A stretch of DNA of 64,000 nucleotides from an uncultured Rubripirellula sp. (lineage in GTDB: Bacteria; Planctomycetota; Planctomycetia; Pirellulales; Pirellulaceae). The stretch covers positions 32,001-96,000 of the forward strand of contig CALKGR010000002.1 of NCBI GenBank assembly GCA_938085445.1, given 5' to 3'. Made by a program: the position numbers and the translations under genes. The notes under the pieces are model-generated. The model saw nothing but the letters and a program-made list of their open reading frames with translations, did no database searches and had not been told where the DNA came from. Below are positions 51,494 through 62,040 of the stretch, piece after piece (position 1 is the stretch's first letter; each line of letters starts with the position of its first letter).

Positions 51494-52429
51494 ATGAGAA
51501 AAAGACTGGCCGCGGTTCGCGGTTTCACTTTAGTTGAGCTCTTGGTTGTTATCGCAATCATCGGGATTTTGATTGGCCTACTCATGCCCGCCGTCCAGGC
51601 GGCCCGGGAAGCGGCTCGACGAATGTCGTGCCAGAACAACCTCTCACAACTGTCTTTGGCGCTGCACAACTACGAATCAACTTTCCGAAGGTTTCCCTCG
51701 GGCTACTTGCATAAATACGGTCCCAGCGGCAGCAGTGAAGAACGTGCCAATCATATGGGACTTTCTTGGGGTGCCGCGATGCTGCCCCAGCTCGAACAGG
51801 CGGCTGTTGCTGAGAAAATCGATTATAGTCGGCCGATTTGGGATGACGCAAATCGCGCCGCTCGCGACGTAAGTCTCCCAGTCTTCCTTTGTCCAAGTGA
51901 CACCTACTCAGACTCTGCGTTCGTGTACCGCGACGATAGCGTTACGCCAGCTGAACGTTACGCAGCGGCCAGCTACGCGGCGAACTGGGGGCCAGCAAGT
52001 CCGACAACCAATTTGGACGCGACGCCCTTGGCCAGCCAAGGCGTATTCTTTCGAAACAGCCAAATACGTGTCTCTGCGTTGATGGACGGGCTAGCCAACA
52101 CGCTAGCATTTGGCGAGCGACATAACGGGCCAATCCCCCAGAGTCGTTCGACGACGGGCGGCCATTCTGTATTTGAAAATGCCTGGATTGGTGCTGTACG
52201 TGATGTGGATGACCTGGAGGACGACCATGCACACATGGTCCTCTTTGAAACTCAGTACCGACCAAATCAATTCGACGGAGACGACAAAGGTCTCGCTGCT
52301 CCTCACTCCGGACTCTGCCAGTTCGCCCTGTGCGACGGTTCGGTCCGGGCAATTACCGAGCATATCGATGCTAAAATTTATGATGCTCTCGCTACGCGTA
52401 ACGGTCGCGAGGTCGTTGAAGATTACTAG
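51494..52429 (+). CDS. DUF1559 prepilin-type N-terminal cleavage/methylation domain protein
   Basis: RGFTLVELLVVIAIIGILIGLLMPAVQAAREAARRMSCQNNL, LCPSD, DGLANT, HSG..ALCDGSVR (H-X9-DG). Confidence 0.96.
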   Translation: MRKRLAAVRGFTLVELLVVIAIIGILIGLLMPAVQAAREAARRMSCQNNLSQLSLALHNYESTFRRFPSGYLHKYGPSGSSEERANHMGLSWGAAMLPQLEQAAVAEKIDYSRPIWDDANRAARDVSLPVFLCPSDTYSDSAFVYRDDSVTPAERYAAASYAANWGPASPTTNLDATPLASQGVFFRNSQIRVSALMDGLANTLAFGERHNGPIPQSRSTTGGHSVFENAWIGAVRDVDDLEDDHAHMVLFETQYRPNQFDGDDKGLAAPHSGLCQFALCDGSVRAITEHIDAKIYDALATRNGREVVEDY

Positions 52430-52486
52430 AACGCCAGGCGAGCCGCTCATCAATTCGAGAACAACAATTAGAGAACAACGCACCAG

Positions 52487-52515
52487 AGCGGGAGACAATT
52501 GTCCCCCGCTTTTTT
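52487..52515 (+). terminator. Rho-independent terminator
   Basis: AGCGGG-a-GAC-aatt-GTC-c-CCCGCT stem followed by a T run, ~60 nt after the DUF1559 stop. Confidence 0.75.
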
Positions 52516-52625
52516 GTGTTTGGGCAAATGCATCAACTCGATCCACTCTCAGCCTTGCATCCCGAAGCAGCATGAAAGAGAATCCGAGGTGTTCCACCGA
52601 AACACTTAAATGATGCGGACAGAGC

Positions 52626-54425
52626 ATGCTCAAAATTTCGCAATTCTCGATCCTCGCTTTGGCCGCTTCTGCGATCTTTCCGGCGTTCTTACCTACTTAC
52701 GGGCAAACAACGCAGGTCGTACAGAAACGCAAAACGCCCGCCCAAATTTCTAGCCAGAAACAGAAAATCAAACCCGAGCTTGAACTATGGTTTGGCGTTC
52801 TCACCACCCCAGTGCGTGAATTCAGGTTCGTTGTTGAATTGGAATTCAATGCAGGTGCCACTGCGGGGAACCTACGCAGTCTTGACGAAGGGAACCAAAC
52901 GTTCGCCTTAGCGAATGTAAGTCGCGCTGATGGCAAATTCAGTTTTACATTGCCTCTCACCAATGCAACGTACCAATCCACGTTAACGAATAACGGAACT
53001 GAAAGCACGGGCATCTGGATGCAACGTGAACAAGAACTCCCGCTCTCTTTTGAAAAAGTGGCTGCCGTCCCGAAGCAAAAGATAAGAAACTATCTCACAG
53101 GTACCTTGAACGCGATCGTTCAAAAGATCGAAGTAGCTTTTATAGAATTGGAGTGTGGCAAACTGTACTTCAATAGTGTCTCGCAGAAGGCAGGAGGATT
53201 CATTGCCTCTAAAGAGATTAATGACGAGGGCCAAGTCATCTTTCGGGTGCCAGGCATCCAGGGTGTCTTCCAAGGACGGTACTCGGACGACCAAAACGAT
53301 CGGCTGCAAGGAACTTGGAGCCAAGGGTTGGTAACGTTGGAGCTGACACTCACCAAAGACGAGAACATCTCCGAATTTCTAATCCCGCCCCAAAAGAACA
53401 AGCCAAATAGACCACAGACCCCCAACGCACCTTTCCCCTACACTACCGAGCAGGTTGAAATCGCAACGCATGATCAGAATGTCACTCTTGCAGGTACGCT
53501 GACTCTTCCGCAAGGTGAACCAATGGCCGGTATCATCCTGGTCACCGGATCTGGTCCCCAAGATCGAGACGAAACCATCTTGGCTCACAAACCGTTCTTC
53601 GTGATTGCTGACCATTTTGCCCGAAACGGAATAGCGACACTCAGATATGACGACCGGGGTGTAGCCCAATCAAGCGGCAATTTTGCTAACGCAACCTCAA
53701 ACGATCTCGCCAATGATGCGGAGGCCGCCTTCAATTTCCTTTCTAGAAGACAAGAACTGATGGGCGTTTCACTAGGCATCTGCGGGCACAGCGAAGGTGG
53801 ACTACTCGCTCCCATGATCGCGGCTAGAAACACCGGCGTGAACTTTGTGATTCTCATGGCAGCGCCAGGTGTCGATGGAAAAGCCGTAATCCTAAGCCAA
53901 GGCCCTCTTCTCATGCGAGCCCAAGGCGTCCCTGAACCCCAGATTGCAAAACAGCGAAAATTGCAGGAAATCATCCTCACAAACATAAGGGATAACGAAA
54001 AACTCGATGGTGGGAGAATAGCTGCTCAAGTTCGAGATGCCCTCGGTGAGGAACAAGCCGATCTGGAGCAAATCATCCAGAACACCCAGACCGCGATCCG
54101 CCAGCAGGCATCACCGTGGTTGAGGACCTTTCTTAAGCTTGATCCCAAGCAAGCACTGAGTGCCCTCGAATGCCCAGTTCTTGCCATCAATGGAACCAAA
54201 GATCTTCAGGTCGATGCGGTGCTCAATCTCACCGCAATTCGTGATACGCTGCAAGCAGCGGGTAACACCGACGTCGAAGTGAATCTTTATCCCGGACTCA
54301 ATCACCTTTTCCAAGCCAGCAAAACAGGGCTTCCCACCGAATACGGAACGCTTGAAGAGACTTTTAATCAGGCACCTCTGCGGCGCATGACCAGCTGGAT
54401 ATTAGAACAAGCAGCCAAGCCGTGA
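52626..54425 (+). CDS. Secreted alpha/beta hydrolase (S9/S15-like) with duplicated N-terminal beta domain
   Basis: RPQTP..PFPY, GSGPQDRDE, RYDDRG, GHSEGG, KDLQV, LNHLFQ (Ser-Asp-His triad). Confidence 0.9.
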   Translation: MLKISQFSILALAASAIFPAFLPTYGQTTQVVQKRKTPAQISSQKQKIKPELELWFGVLTTPVREFRFVVELEFNAGATAGNLRSLDEGNQTFALANVSRADGKFSFTLPLTNATYQSTLTNNGTESTGIWMQREQELPLSFEKVAAVPKQKIRNYLTGTLNAIVQKIEVAFIELECGKLYFNSVSQKAGGFIASKEINDEGQVIFRVPGIQGVFQGRYSDDQNDRLQGTWSQGLVTLELTLTKDENISEFLIPPQKNKPNRPQTPNAPFPYTTEQVEIATHDQNVTLAGTLTLPQGEPMAGIILVTGSGPQDRDETILAHKPFFVIADHFARNGIATLRYDDRGVAQSSGNFANATSNDLANDAEAAFNFLSRRQELMGVSLGICGHSEGGLLAPMIAARNTGVNFVILMAAPGVDGKAVILSQGPLLMRAQGVPEPQIAKQRKLQEIILTNIRDNEKLDGGRIAAQVRDALGEEQADLEQIIQNTQTAIRQQASPWLRTFLKLDPKQALSALECPVLAINGTKDLQVDAVLNLTAIRDTLQAAGNTDVEVNLYPGLNHLFQASKTGLPTEYGTLEETFNQAPLRRMTSWILEQAAKP

Positions 54426-54618
54426 GACACGTGCATGCCAGATGCACCATCTGCAGAGAATGCGCTGATGGAGTGTCCTAGATGCTTTCGTCAAACCACA
54501 TTGCCAACTGGAATGGCCCGCTGATGGTTTTTTAATGTCAGGTATCTCAGGTACAATGCGAAGACTTCCCACAGACTTCGAACGCCCCCACTGCCACTCA
54601 CCACAAACAAGCCACCCT

Positions 54619-55548
54619 ATGACAGCCCTGAAAGCCGCCATGATCACCAGACTAGCGATTGCCACGTTCTTCTCCTTTCTTCCCATCTCGTATTCAACGG
54701 GCAAGACGACGAAGTACGATTTCAAACAAGGCTGTGTTGCTGAAGTTTATAAACACGCATCCGGCGACGACCTGTGGATTTACCGTTTTGACCCTGCAGA
54801 CAAAACACCCACCGCGAAACCTGCTGTGGTGTTCTTTTTTGGCGGTGGATGGAATGGCGGCAATGTCTCACAGTTTGAGCAGCATGCACGCTACCTTGCT
54901 TCTCGAGGGATTGTTAGCTTCGTAGCGGATTATCGCGTAAAGACTCGGCAGAACACGCAACCCGACGCGTGTGTCGCGGATGGCAAGTCAGCGATTCGTT
55001 GGGTTCGTAAAAATGCTGCCCGATTGGGGATCGACCCTGCCCGCATCGCAGCTGGCGGTGGTTCTGCAGGCGGACACGTCGCTGCCACAACAGGAATGTG
55101 CGATGGACTGGAAGCTCCCGAGGAAAAGGACTCCGTGATTAGCTCTAAGTCGAATGCGTTGCTGTTATTTAATCCTGTTTATGACAATGGACCCAAAGGA
55201 TACGGCCATAGCCGAGCAAAGAAATGGTTCCCAGCCATATCCCCTGCCCACAACATTAGTAAGGACGATCCACCCACCATCGTGTTTCTAGGATCTGCAG
55301 ACAGTCTTATCCCGGTATCTACAGCTGAGACATTTGATCGTGACCTGCAACAACTTGGTATCCAATCAGAGCTTTGGGTCTACGATGGCCAGCCACACGG
55401 CTTCTTCAATGAGCATAAAAACCAAAAGGCTTTTCTTGATACAGTTCGAAAAATGGACCGCTTTCTTCAGTCCATTGATTGGCTCAAAGGCCCCGTTGAT
55501 GAGAAAAAACTCACATCGCTGCTGAAAACCAAGCCCAAACAAAAGTAA
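54619..55548 (+). CDS. Alpha/beta hydrolase (BD-FAE-like esterase)
   Basis: FFGGGW, GGSAGGH, GSADSL, PHGFFN; start uncertain (54535/54619/54640). Confidence 0.88.
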   Translation: MTALKAAMITRLAIATFFSFLPISYSTGKTTKYDFKQGCVAEVYKHASGDDLWIYRFDPADKTPTAKPAVVFFFGGGWNGGNVSQFEQHARYLASRGIVSFVADYRVKTRQNTQPDACVADGKSAIRWVRKNAARLGIDPARIAAGGGSAGGHVAATTGMCDGLEAPEEKDSVISSKSNALLLFNPVYDNGPKGYGHSRAKKWFPAISPAHNISKDDPPTIVFLGSADSLIPVSTAETFDRDLQQLGIQSELWVYDGQPHGFFNEHKNQKAFLDTVRKMDRFLQSIDWLKGPVDEKKLTSLLKTKPKQK

Positions 55549-55621
55549 GGTCCATAACCCGATACTAATGATGCGCCAAACAATGACATCCAGCCGACCA
55601 TGGGGCAGCAAGTCGAAACCA

Positions 55622-57139
55622 ATGAGTTTTCCAAACCACATCATTTCAGCCTTCGCATTTGTCACATTTTTTGTCTCCAATGCCTCAGCGGCGCAACTTC
55701 CAAACATCATTTATGTGATGTGTGATGACCTCGGCTACGGTGACATACAGTGTCTTGCGCCCCAAACCAGCAAGATCCCTACTCCAAACGCTGATCAGCT
55801 CGCAGCCGAAGGCATGGTCTTCACCGATGCACACTCAGGGTCGTCCGTCTGCACCCCCACTCGCTACGGACTTCTGACAGGACGCTACAGTTGGAGGACA
55901 CGTCTTCAAAAGGGCGTTGTCACCGGTTTCGCGCCATGCTTGATCGACGCGCAGCGGCCCACCGTTGCCACTTTCCTGCAAGGTGCGGGATACCATACAG
56001 CCATCATTGGCAAGTGGCACCTTGATTTTCAATATCTCAATCCAGCCACCAACGTTGCTTATCAGCAAAAGGAACATACGAAACCACCCGTGGGAGCTAA
56101 GATTCCGGACGGTCCCGTTCACCGGGGTTTCGATTACTTCCACGGGTTTCACCACGCTCGCAACATGGAGGCTGTGATCGAAGATGACCGAGTCATCGAA
56201 CATGACGCTGTCATCAATATGTTGCCACGCCTGACTCGCAAATCAGTGGAATACATTCGATCGCGTCAAGGAACAAGGATGCCATTCTTTCTCTATGTCC
56301 CACTGGGCTCACCACACACGCCAATTGTCCCAGGCCCCAAGTGGCAGGGTAAAAGCGGCTTGGGCCCCTATGGCGACTTCGTCATGCAGACCGATAATGT
56401 TCTTGGAGAAATCAATAAAGCTCTCACTGAAATTGGGCAATTGAGCAACACACTGCTAATTTTCACAAGTGACAACGGTTGCTCAAAAGCCGCCAATATC
56501 AAAAGTCTGGCCGAGAAAGGCCATGTCGTCAGTGGCAAGTTCCGAGGCTCAAAAGCCGACCTATGGGATGGTGGACACCGACTTCCCTTCATCGTCAGGT
56601 GGCCAAATAAAGTCGCTCCTGGCACCGTTTGCAATCAACTCATTTGTCATACTGACCTATTTGCCAGTCTCGCAGAAATAACTCAACAGATCATTCCACC
56701 CGCCGCTGCCGAGGACAGTGTCAGTTTTATTCCAGCGCTGCAAGGAACTGAAATTCAGTCAACTCGCAAGGGCGTGATCCACCATTCCATCAGCGGACAC
56801 TTTGCATACCGGCGTGGCCGATGGAAGCTACTGCTCGCCAAGGGCTCAGGAGGCTGGAGTTCGCCCAAGGAAGGCGAGATGCCAATCACAGCTGCGAAGG
56901 TTCAACTTTATGACATGACAGTGGACCTGGGAGAGAAGAACAACCTCCAAGAAAAATATCCCGAAGTAGTCGAAGATCTTCTCGCACAACTGAAGAACGA
57001 TATAAAGCGTGGACGAAGCACCAACGGCCCGAGTGCCACCAACGATATCGAGCCAATTGAACTTTGGAAAACGACCCCAAAAAACGGCAGTAAGAAAAAT
57101 TCAAAAAACCGATCCACCAATCAAAAGAAAAGAAACTAG
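55622..57139 (+). CDS. Arylsulfatase (S1)
   Basis: PNIIYVMCDDLGYGD, CTPTRYGLLTGRY, GKWHL, SDNG; likely ATG 55622. Confidence 0.93.
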   Translation: MSFPNHIISAFAFVTFFVSNASAAQLPNIIYVMCDDLGYGDIQCLAPQTSKIPTPNADQLAAEGMVFTDAHSGSSVCTPTRYGLLTGRYSWRTRLQKGVVTGFAPCLIDAQRPTVATFLQGAGYHTAIIGKWHLDFQYLNPATNVAYQQKEHTKPPVGAKIPDGPVHRGFDYFHGFHHARNMEAVIEDDRVIEHDAVINMLPRLTRKSVEYIRSRQGTRMPFFLYVPLGSPHTPIVPGPKWQGKSGLGPYGDFVMQTDNVLGEINKALTEIGQLSNTLLIFTSDNGCSKAANIKSLAEKGHVVSGKFRGSKADLWDGGHRLPFIVRWPNKVAPGTVCNQLICHTDLFASLAEITQQIIPPAAAEDSVSFIPALQGTEIQSTRKGVIHHSISGHFAYRRGRWKLLLAKGSGGWSSPKEGEMPITAAKVQLYDMTVDLGEKNNLQEKYPEVVEDLLAQLKNDIKRGRSTNGPSATNDIEPIELWKTTPKNGSKKNSKNRSTNQKKRN

Positions 57140-57978
57140 TGGGGAATTCTATTGAACGAATAGGAACCAAATGAGCTCACGGGACGACGCTTGCCCTCGC
57201 ATACCCAGTGTCTCACGTCCCAATGATTCTTTCCCAATATGCCGGTCATCCACGTAGCACTACTCACTCCTCTGAGATCCACAACGTTGCTCAATCCGGC
57301 ATTCGCTCATCCACGGCTGCTTCTTTCAAAAAACATTCCATCCCGAGGCGGCCAACAGAATTAGCCATAAGCCAGTGTGCATAATTGATCCGATAGAACT
57401 GCGAAGAATCCGGCAGGAGTCCGGTCACTGCACCTTCCGCAATTCGCTTCGCTCACTGGAACACCACCCAGCCGGCATTGCCTGGAATGGCGTCTGGAAT
57501 TCACAACGCTCCATACCCGCAAGATCTCCCTACCATAAGACCTCCACGCCCATAAGTTCCCCGTTCACTTTGCCATGAAAGATCAGGGCCCCTTCCCGGC
57601 GCGACCTTGGCATAACATGACATCATCTAAAAACAATTGGTTATCACTTAAGATCAGTGGCTACTGGCCACCGTTGCAGCGCAAGCTTCCTTCTGTTTCA
57701 AAAAACGCAAATGAACCCCATCGACTGGTGGTTCAGCAACAGAAAAAGAAGCACATTCCGACTATTTCACGGGTTCTGTCCCAAGACCTCGGCTTTTACC
57801 TCACTCATTCTGTTGCGTCGTGCCGCCCCCAGGCCAGCAGCTCGCAACTCATAAAACACCATTGATATCGTCAGACCCGTTACGATGAAGCAACTTGACC
57901 ACTCAGCACTCAATTGGTCATTTGCTTTCACATTCAACCCACCGACCCCGCCAACAAATCACAAACAGAAACCGTGCC

Positions 57979-59229
57979 ATGAATGCAGGTCCCCTCGAAG
58001 ACCACCGTCGTAAAACACGTCGATTCTTCATCCAATGCGGGTTTGCTGGGATACTTGCGATGGAATCCCACCCTTTACTGGGGTTGGAACGTCAGGATGA
58101 CCAAAGTCTTGATGAAGCAATCAACGCGATTGAATCATGGCTCACCCGCCAGGATGATTTCAGAGACATATCACGAGGTAACCCACTTCCGCACCAACTG
58201 CCTGAACCAGCGAAAAAACAGGCAGGCATGACTCGCGAAACCTGGAAGCTTGAAATATTAAGCGACGAAGACGCTCCGTCGAGGCTACGTAACCCACTCA
58301 GAATAGAAGACGGCAGCGCGCTGAATTTTAACCAGTTAATCGAGATTGGGAAAACACACGCGGTCCGCTTCCCCAAAGTGATGTCATGCTTGAACGTTGG
58401 CTGCCCTCTGGGAATGGGCATTTGGGAAGGAATTCCGCTACGAAAACTGATCTGGATGACCCAGCCCGTGAAGGATCTCCGACGCGTTTTCTACCATGGT
58501 TACCACAACGAGGACCCAAGCCAACTGTTCCGCAGCTCACTATCAGTCAACCGCGTGTTGGAAGACCCAGCAGAAATTCCGCCAGTGATTGTGTGTTACA
58601 AATTGAACGGTCATTGGTTGACATCCGAACGGGGTGGGCCTGTAAGAATGGTCGTTCCAGAAGCTTACGGGTTCAAAAGTATCAAGTGGCTCAACCGGAT
58701 TGTGCTTTCCAACATCCCCCACGCCAACGACACTTACGGTAAACAAAACAATGATCTCGACAGCACGATCAAAACGTTTTGCAACCTATTTCCAACCAAT
58801 ACCCACTACAACGCCAATACGCCCATCGCACTCACTGGTTGGGCCCAAGTAGGGCTTGCGGGTCTCGACAAAGTCCAGGTTTGGATCCACCCAAAAGAGT
58901 CCCCGCTGCCTGAGGATGATCGATACTTCGAAACCGCACCTTGGCGTGATGCACAAATTCTCGACCCACCCAAAAAATGGGGAGGTGATTTGCCTGACGG
59001 AAAACTCGACCTACCAACCGTAGGTTTCACTGCAGAGGGACGACCAGACCGATGGCCAATCCGATTAACAAAAGCTCATTGGGCCATGCTGCACCCAGGA
59101 TTGCAGGCGGGACAATACACCATTCGCTGTCGAACCATCGACAAAAATCAAAACGCTCAGCCCATGCCCCGCCCTTTTCGAAAGTCTGGGCACGCCGCGA
59201 TTCAGGCCGTCAACATAACGATCACCTGA
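57979..59229 (+). CDS. Molybdopterin-dependent oxidoreductase, sulfite-oxidase family, Tat-like leader
   Basis: TRRFF, Mo-ligand Cys in VMSCLN, WEGIPL, LNGHWL..RGGPVRMVVP..YGFKSIKWL, C-terminal YTIRCRTID..QP. Confidence 0.88.
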   Translation: MNAGPLEDHRRKTRRFFIQCGFAGILAMESHPLLGLERQDDQSLDEAINAIESWLTRQDDFRDISRGNPLPHQLPEPAKKQAGMTRETWKLEILSDEDAPSRLRNPLRIEDGSALNFNQLIEIGKTHAVRFPKVMSCLNVGCPLGMGIWEGIPLRKLIWMTQPVKDLRRVFYHGYHNEDPSQLFRSSLSVNRVLEDPAEIPPVIVCYKLNGHWLTSERGGPVRMVVPEAYGFKSIKWLNRIVLSNIPHANDTYGKQNNDLDSTIKTFCNLFPTNTHYNANTPIALTGWAQVGLAGLDKVQVWIHPKESPLPEDDRYFETAPWRDAQILDPPKKWGGDLPDGKLDLPTVGFTAEGRPDRWPIRLTKAHWAMLHPGLQAGQYTIRCRTIDKNQNAQPMPRPFRKSGHAAIQAVNITIT

Positions 59230-59269
59230 TCGGCACGCTCTTCACACACCGGCAGCATGGGTACAGCGA

Positions 59270-60679
59270 CTATAACTCGATCTCATATCCCTTACGGAAG
59301 TCGCGCGCGAGCATGGCATTTGCGCGTGGATCATTTTGAACGGTTTGTGATTTCGCATCCCAATTCACTGTTCGGTTCAATCGTATCGCTATGTTACTGA
59401 GGTGACAGGTGTTGATGGATGCTACATGACTCCAAACATCAGATGCAGGTTTTCTTCGACTGACAATACAGTCACAAAAATTGTTCACGTGCTCTACCAA
59501 CGGTCCGCCATACATTTTTTCGAGCCACCCTGCGGGAAGTGGATTTGAAACGAGGTCCTCAATGGGCTTACCAGCTATCGTACCGCGGTTGACAAAAATG
59601 CGACCCTGCGTACCCTCCACGAGAATTCCATTCCGCCCTTCGCTCGTGATCTCCATCAGGGTTTGATTCGGGAAATGAGCATGAACCGTGAAACGATGCG
59701 GCGCGTTGTATCGGTCATCCACGGTAGGATTCCCATTTGCATCGAATGGGACTCGTGTTTCCACCATAACTGGCTCGATCAGAGTTGGTCCCTGCCCTGC
59801 CCCACATTGATCAATGATCCATTGTGCAATATCAACGTGATGGGCTCCCCAGTCAGTCATTTTTCCACCGCTGTACTGGAGCCACCAGCGAAACTCCTTA
59901 TGGCAGTTTGATGCGTTGATACTTCCATCACCAAGCGTACGGACCAGTTCCTGCCCCGCTTTGCCGTCCTTCAGAAACCGATAGGGAACATCCTCAGTGG
60001 GACCTTTCCAGCGATCCCAATTCAGCGTGTTGGGAGGAGATACAATCGGCAACGGTTTGCTGAATGGGTTGTGATTGAGACCAACCGTGACTTTACGTAT
60101 TTTCCCTAATCGCCCCGAGTGAGCTAGGGCCACGGCTTTCAAAAACCTTTCATCAGATCGTTGCTGGGTTCCCACCTGAAGAATTTTCCCCGTCTCGTCA
60201 GTGACCTTCGAGATAATCCGTCCTTCATCTACCGTCAATGTCAGCGGTTTTTCACAGTAAACATCTTTACCTGACCGCATCGCCTCAGCCGATATTTTGA
60301 CATGCCAATGATCAACCGTGCCACAAATGATGGCATCGATATCATCGCGATCAATGATTGCACGATAATCATCGTAAACATCGATAATCGCCCGCTTACC
60401 CTTCGCAGCCATCCTTCGCGTGTACCCTGCCTTAGCGTAAGCAGAGTGCGCGGTATCCACATCACATACCGCAACGATCTCACCATGATTCTGTGCACGA
60501 CGTCCATCCCCCATCCCTTGACCTCCGACACCAATCACTGCCAGCCTTGGTCGCTCATTGGGAGACATCGCATGCACTGCACTTGAACTGGTGAAGTAGC
60601 CAACTGAACCTGTCACAGCCAAAACGCGTGTCGTTTTCAGAAACTCACGTCGATTACTTTCATGCACTTGTGCTTTCAA
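59270..60679 (-). CDS. Tat-exported Gfo/Idh/MocA oxidoreductase
   Basis: NRREFLK, VIGVGGQG, DHWH, YCEKPLT, QVGTQQRS, DWGAHHVD. Confidence 0.93.
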   Translation of the reverse strand: MKAQVHESNRREFLKTTRVLAVTGSVGYFTSSSAVHAMSPNERPRLAVIGVGGQGMGDGRRAQNHGEIVAVCDVDTAHSAYAKAGYTRRMAAKGKRAIIDVYDDYRAIIDRDDIDAIICGTVDHWHVKISAEAMRSGKDVYCEKPLTLTVDEGRIISKVTDETGKILQVGTQQRSDERFLKAVALAHSGRLGKIRKVTVGLNHNPFSKPLPIVSPPNTLNWDRWKGPTEDVPYRFLKDGKAGQELVRTLGDGSINASNCHKEFRWWLQYSGGKMTDWGAHHVDIAQWIIDQCGAGQGPTLIEPVMVETRVPFDANGNPTVDDRYNAPHRFTVHAHFPNQTLMEITSEGRNGILVEGTQGRIFVNRGTIAGKPIEDLVSNPLPAGWLEKMYGGPLVEHVNNFCDCIVSRRKPASDVWSHVASINTCHLSNIAIRLNRTVNWDAKSQTVQNDPRANAMLARDFRKGYEIEL

Positions 60680-60810
60680 TTTAATGCCCTGATTTAAGTC
60701 TAAAGATTTAATTTCGCAGAGAACGTTTCACTCACCCTGCTGCGGTTCCCAAGGTCACCTTAGATCAGTGGGAACGGCCAACAACATGGCTATTTACAAC
60801 GCTTTCACCA

Positions 60811-62040
60811 TCACTTGATCGGATTGGAATACCAAACAATATTTCCGCTGTCATGACCAGCCACCAGAATATCATTATCACCATCGTTATCCATGTCCAA
60901 TATTCGTACGTCATAAGATGACTGCAGACGATCCACGACGTGAGTCCGAAACTTACCTGTCCCATCATTTTGGTACCACACCACCGCACCCTGCAGACTT
61001 GCACTACACGCAACGATATCCACATCACCATCGTCATCCATATCGGCTACTGCCAAACTGTGGGGAGTATCCAGCGTTTCATCAATTTCAAACTTGTGAA
61101 AACTGGGCCCGCGAAACCACAGAACTCCCCGACCATGCCCTCGGCTGCATACAAAATCAACCGAACCATCCGCATCAATATCCACTGGCAGAATATTGGA
61201 GGCACCAGGTTCATTCGCCGACAAAACTCTCTTGGTCCATCTTCCGTTTGGGTTCTCTGGTTGTTCCCACCACGCAAACCACTCTCCCCCCAACAACTTT
61301 GCCCCACCCTTCGCAGCACAGGCAATGTCGGGGCGATTGTCACCATTGACATCGCCAAGTCCCATGTAGTGATTGCCCCCAGGTGCATCACCGTCGGCGA
61401 AAACAACGGGTTCCCAAATACCAGCTCCCTGCGGTGAAACTGGCACAGGTAACCAGGTAATTGAGTTAGGTATTTTGCTTGCACCCTCATCCCGCCATGA
61501 ATTCGCAATCAAATCGACACTTCCATCCCGATCAACATCCCCCGTGATCACGCAGTGTGCACCGTTCATGTCCAAGCTGATAACACGAGCCACCCAGCGA
61601 TCTGAAAATGGATCATTCGGACACTCAAGCCAGAACAGCATTCGATTCGAACCGATGTAGTCCAAGTCTCCATCCTTATCAACGTCCAACAAAGCGCTGT
61701 GAATGCATCCACGTTCGGCAACACGTCCTACTTGGTCTGGAGGCATTTCCGACAAAATCACCGTCGCTTCCCACTCGGGCCCACGATAAAGAACGACTTT
61801 TCCATCGAACGATCCTAACAAGTCCATATTTCCATCCTGATCCATATCACTTGCTACTACCGTATTCACCTGACCGGATGATCCAGCATTGTTTTGAACC
61901 ACATGTTTTTCCCAAAACGCATCATTTGCGTCGCCCGTATTGGCCAACAAGCTGATTGAGTTCAGAAACCCAATCAGAAACAACCCAGGTAAGCCGAATC
62001 GGTAAGTTTGCTTGTCAACTTTTACTATTTCCAACATCAT
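60811..62040 (-). CDS. FG-GAP/VCBS repeat beta-propeller protein
   Basis: Seven DxDxDGxxD repeats (DMDQDGNMD, DVDKDGDLD, DVDRDGSVD, DVNGDNRPD, DIDADGSVD, DMDDDGDVD, DMDNDGDND). Confidence 0.9.
   Translation of the reverse strand: MMLEIVKVDKQTYRFGLPGLFLIGFLNSISLLANTGDANDAFWEKHVVQNNAGSSGQVNTVVASDMDQDGNMDLLGSFDGKVVLYRGPEWEATVILSEMPPDQVGRVAERGCIHSALLDVDKDGDLDYIGSNRMLFWLECPNDPFSDRWVARVISLDMNGAHCVITGDVDRDGSVDLIANSWRDEGASKIPNSITWLPVPVSPQGAGIWEPVVFADGDAPGGNHYMGLGDVNGDNRPDIACAAKGGAKLLGGEWFAWWEQPENPNGRWTKRVLSANEPGASNILPVDIDADGSVDFVCSRGHGRGVLWFRGPSFHKFEIDETLDTPHSLAVADMDDDGDVDIVACSASLQGAVVWYQNDGTGKFRTHVVDRLQSSYDVRILDMDNDGDNDILVAGHDSGNIVWYSNPIK

Noticed and set aside
57140..57978. Small ORFs in the gap before the molybdoenzyme gene (e.g. 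57575-57865)
   Set aside because: No motifs, RBS or protein-like composition to support them.
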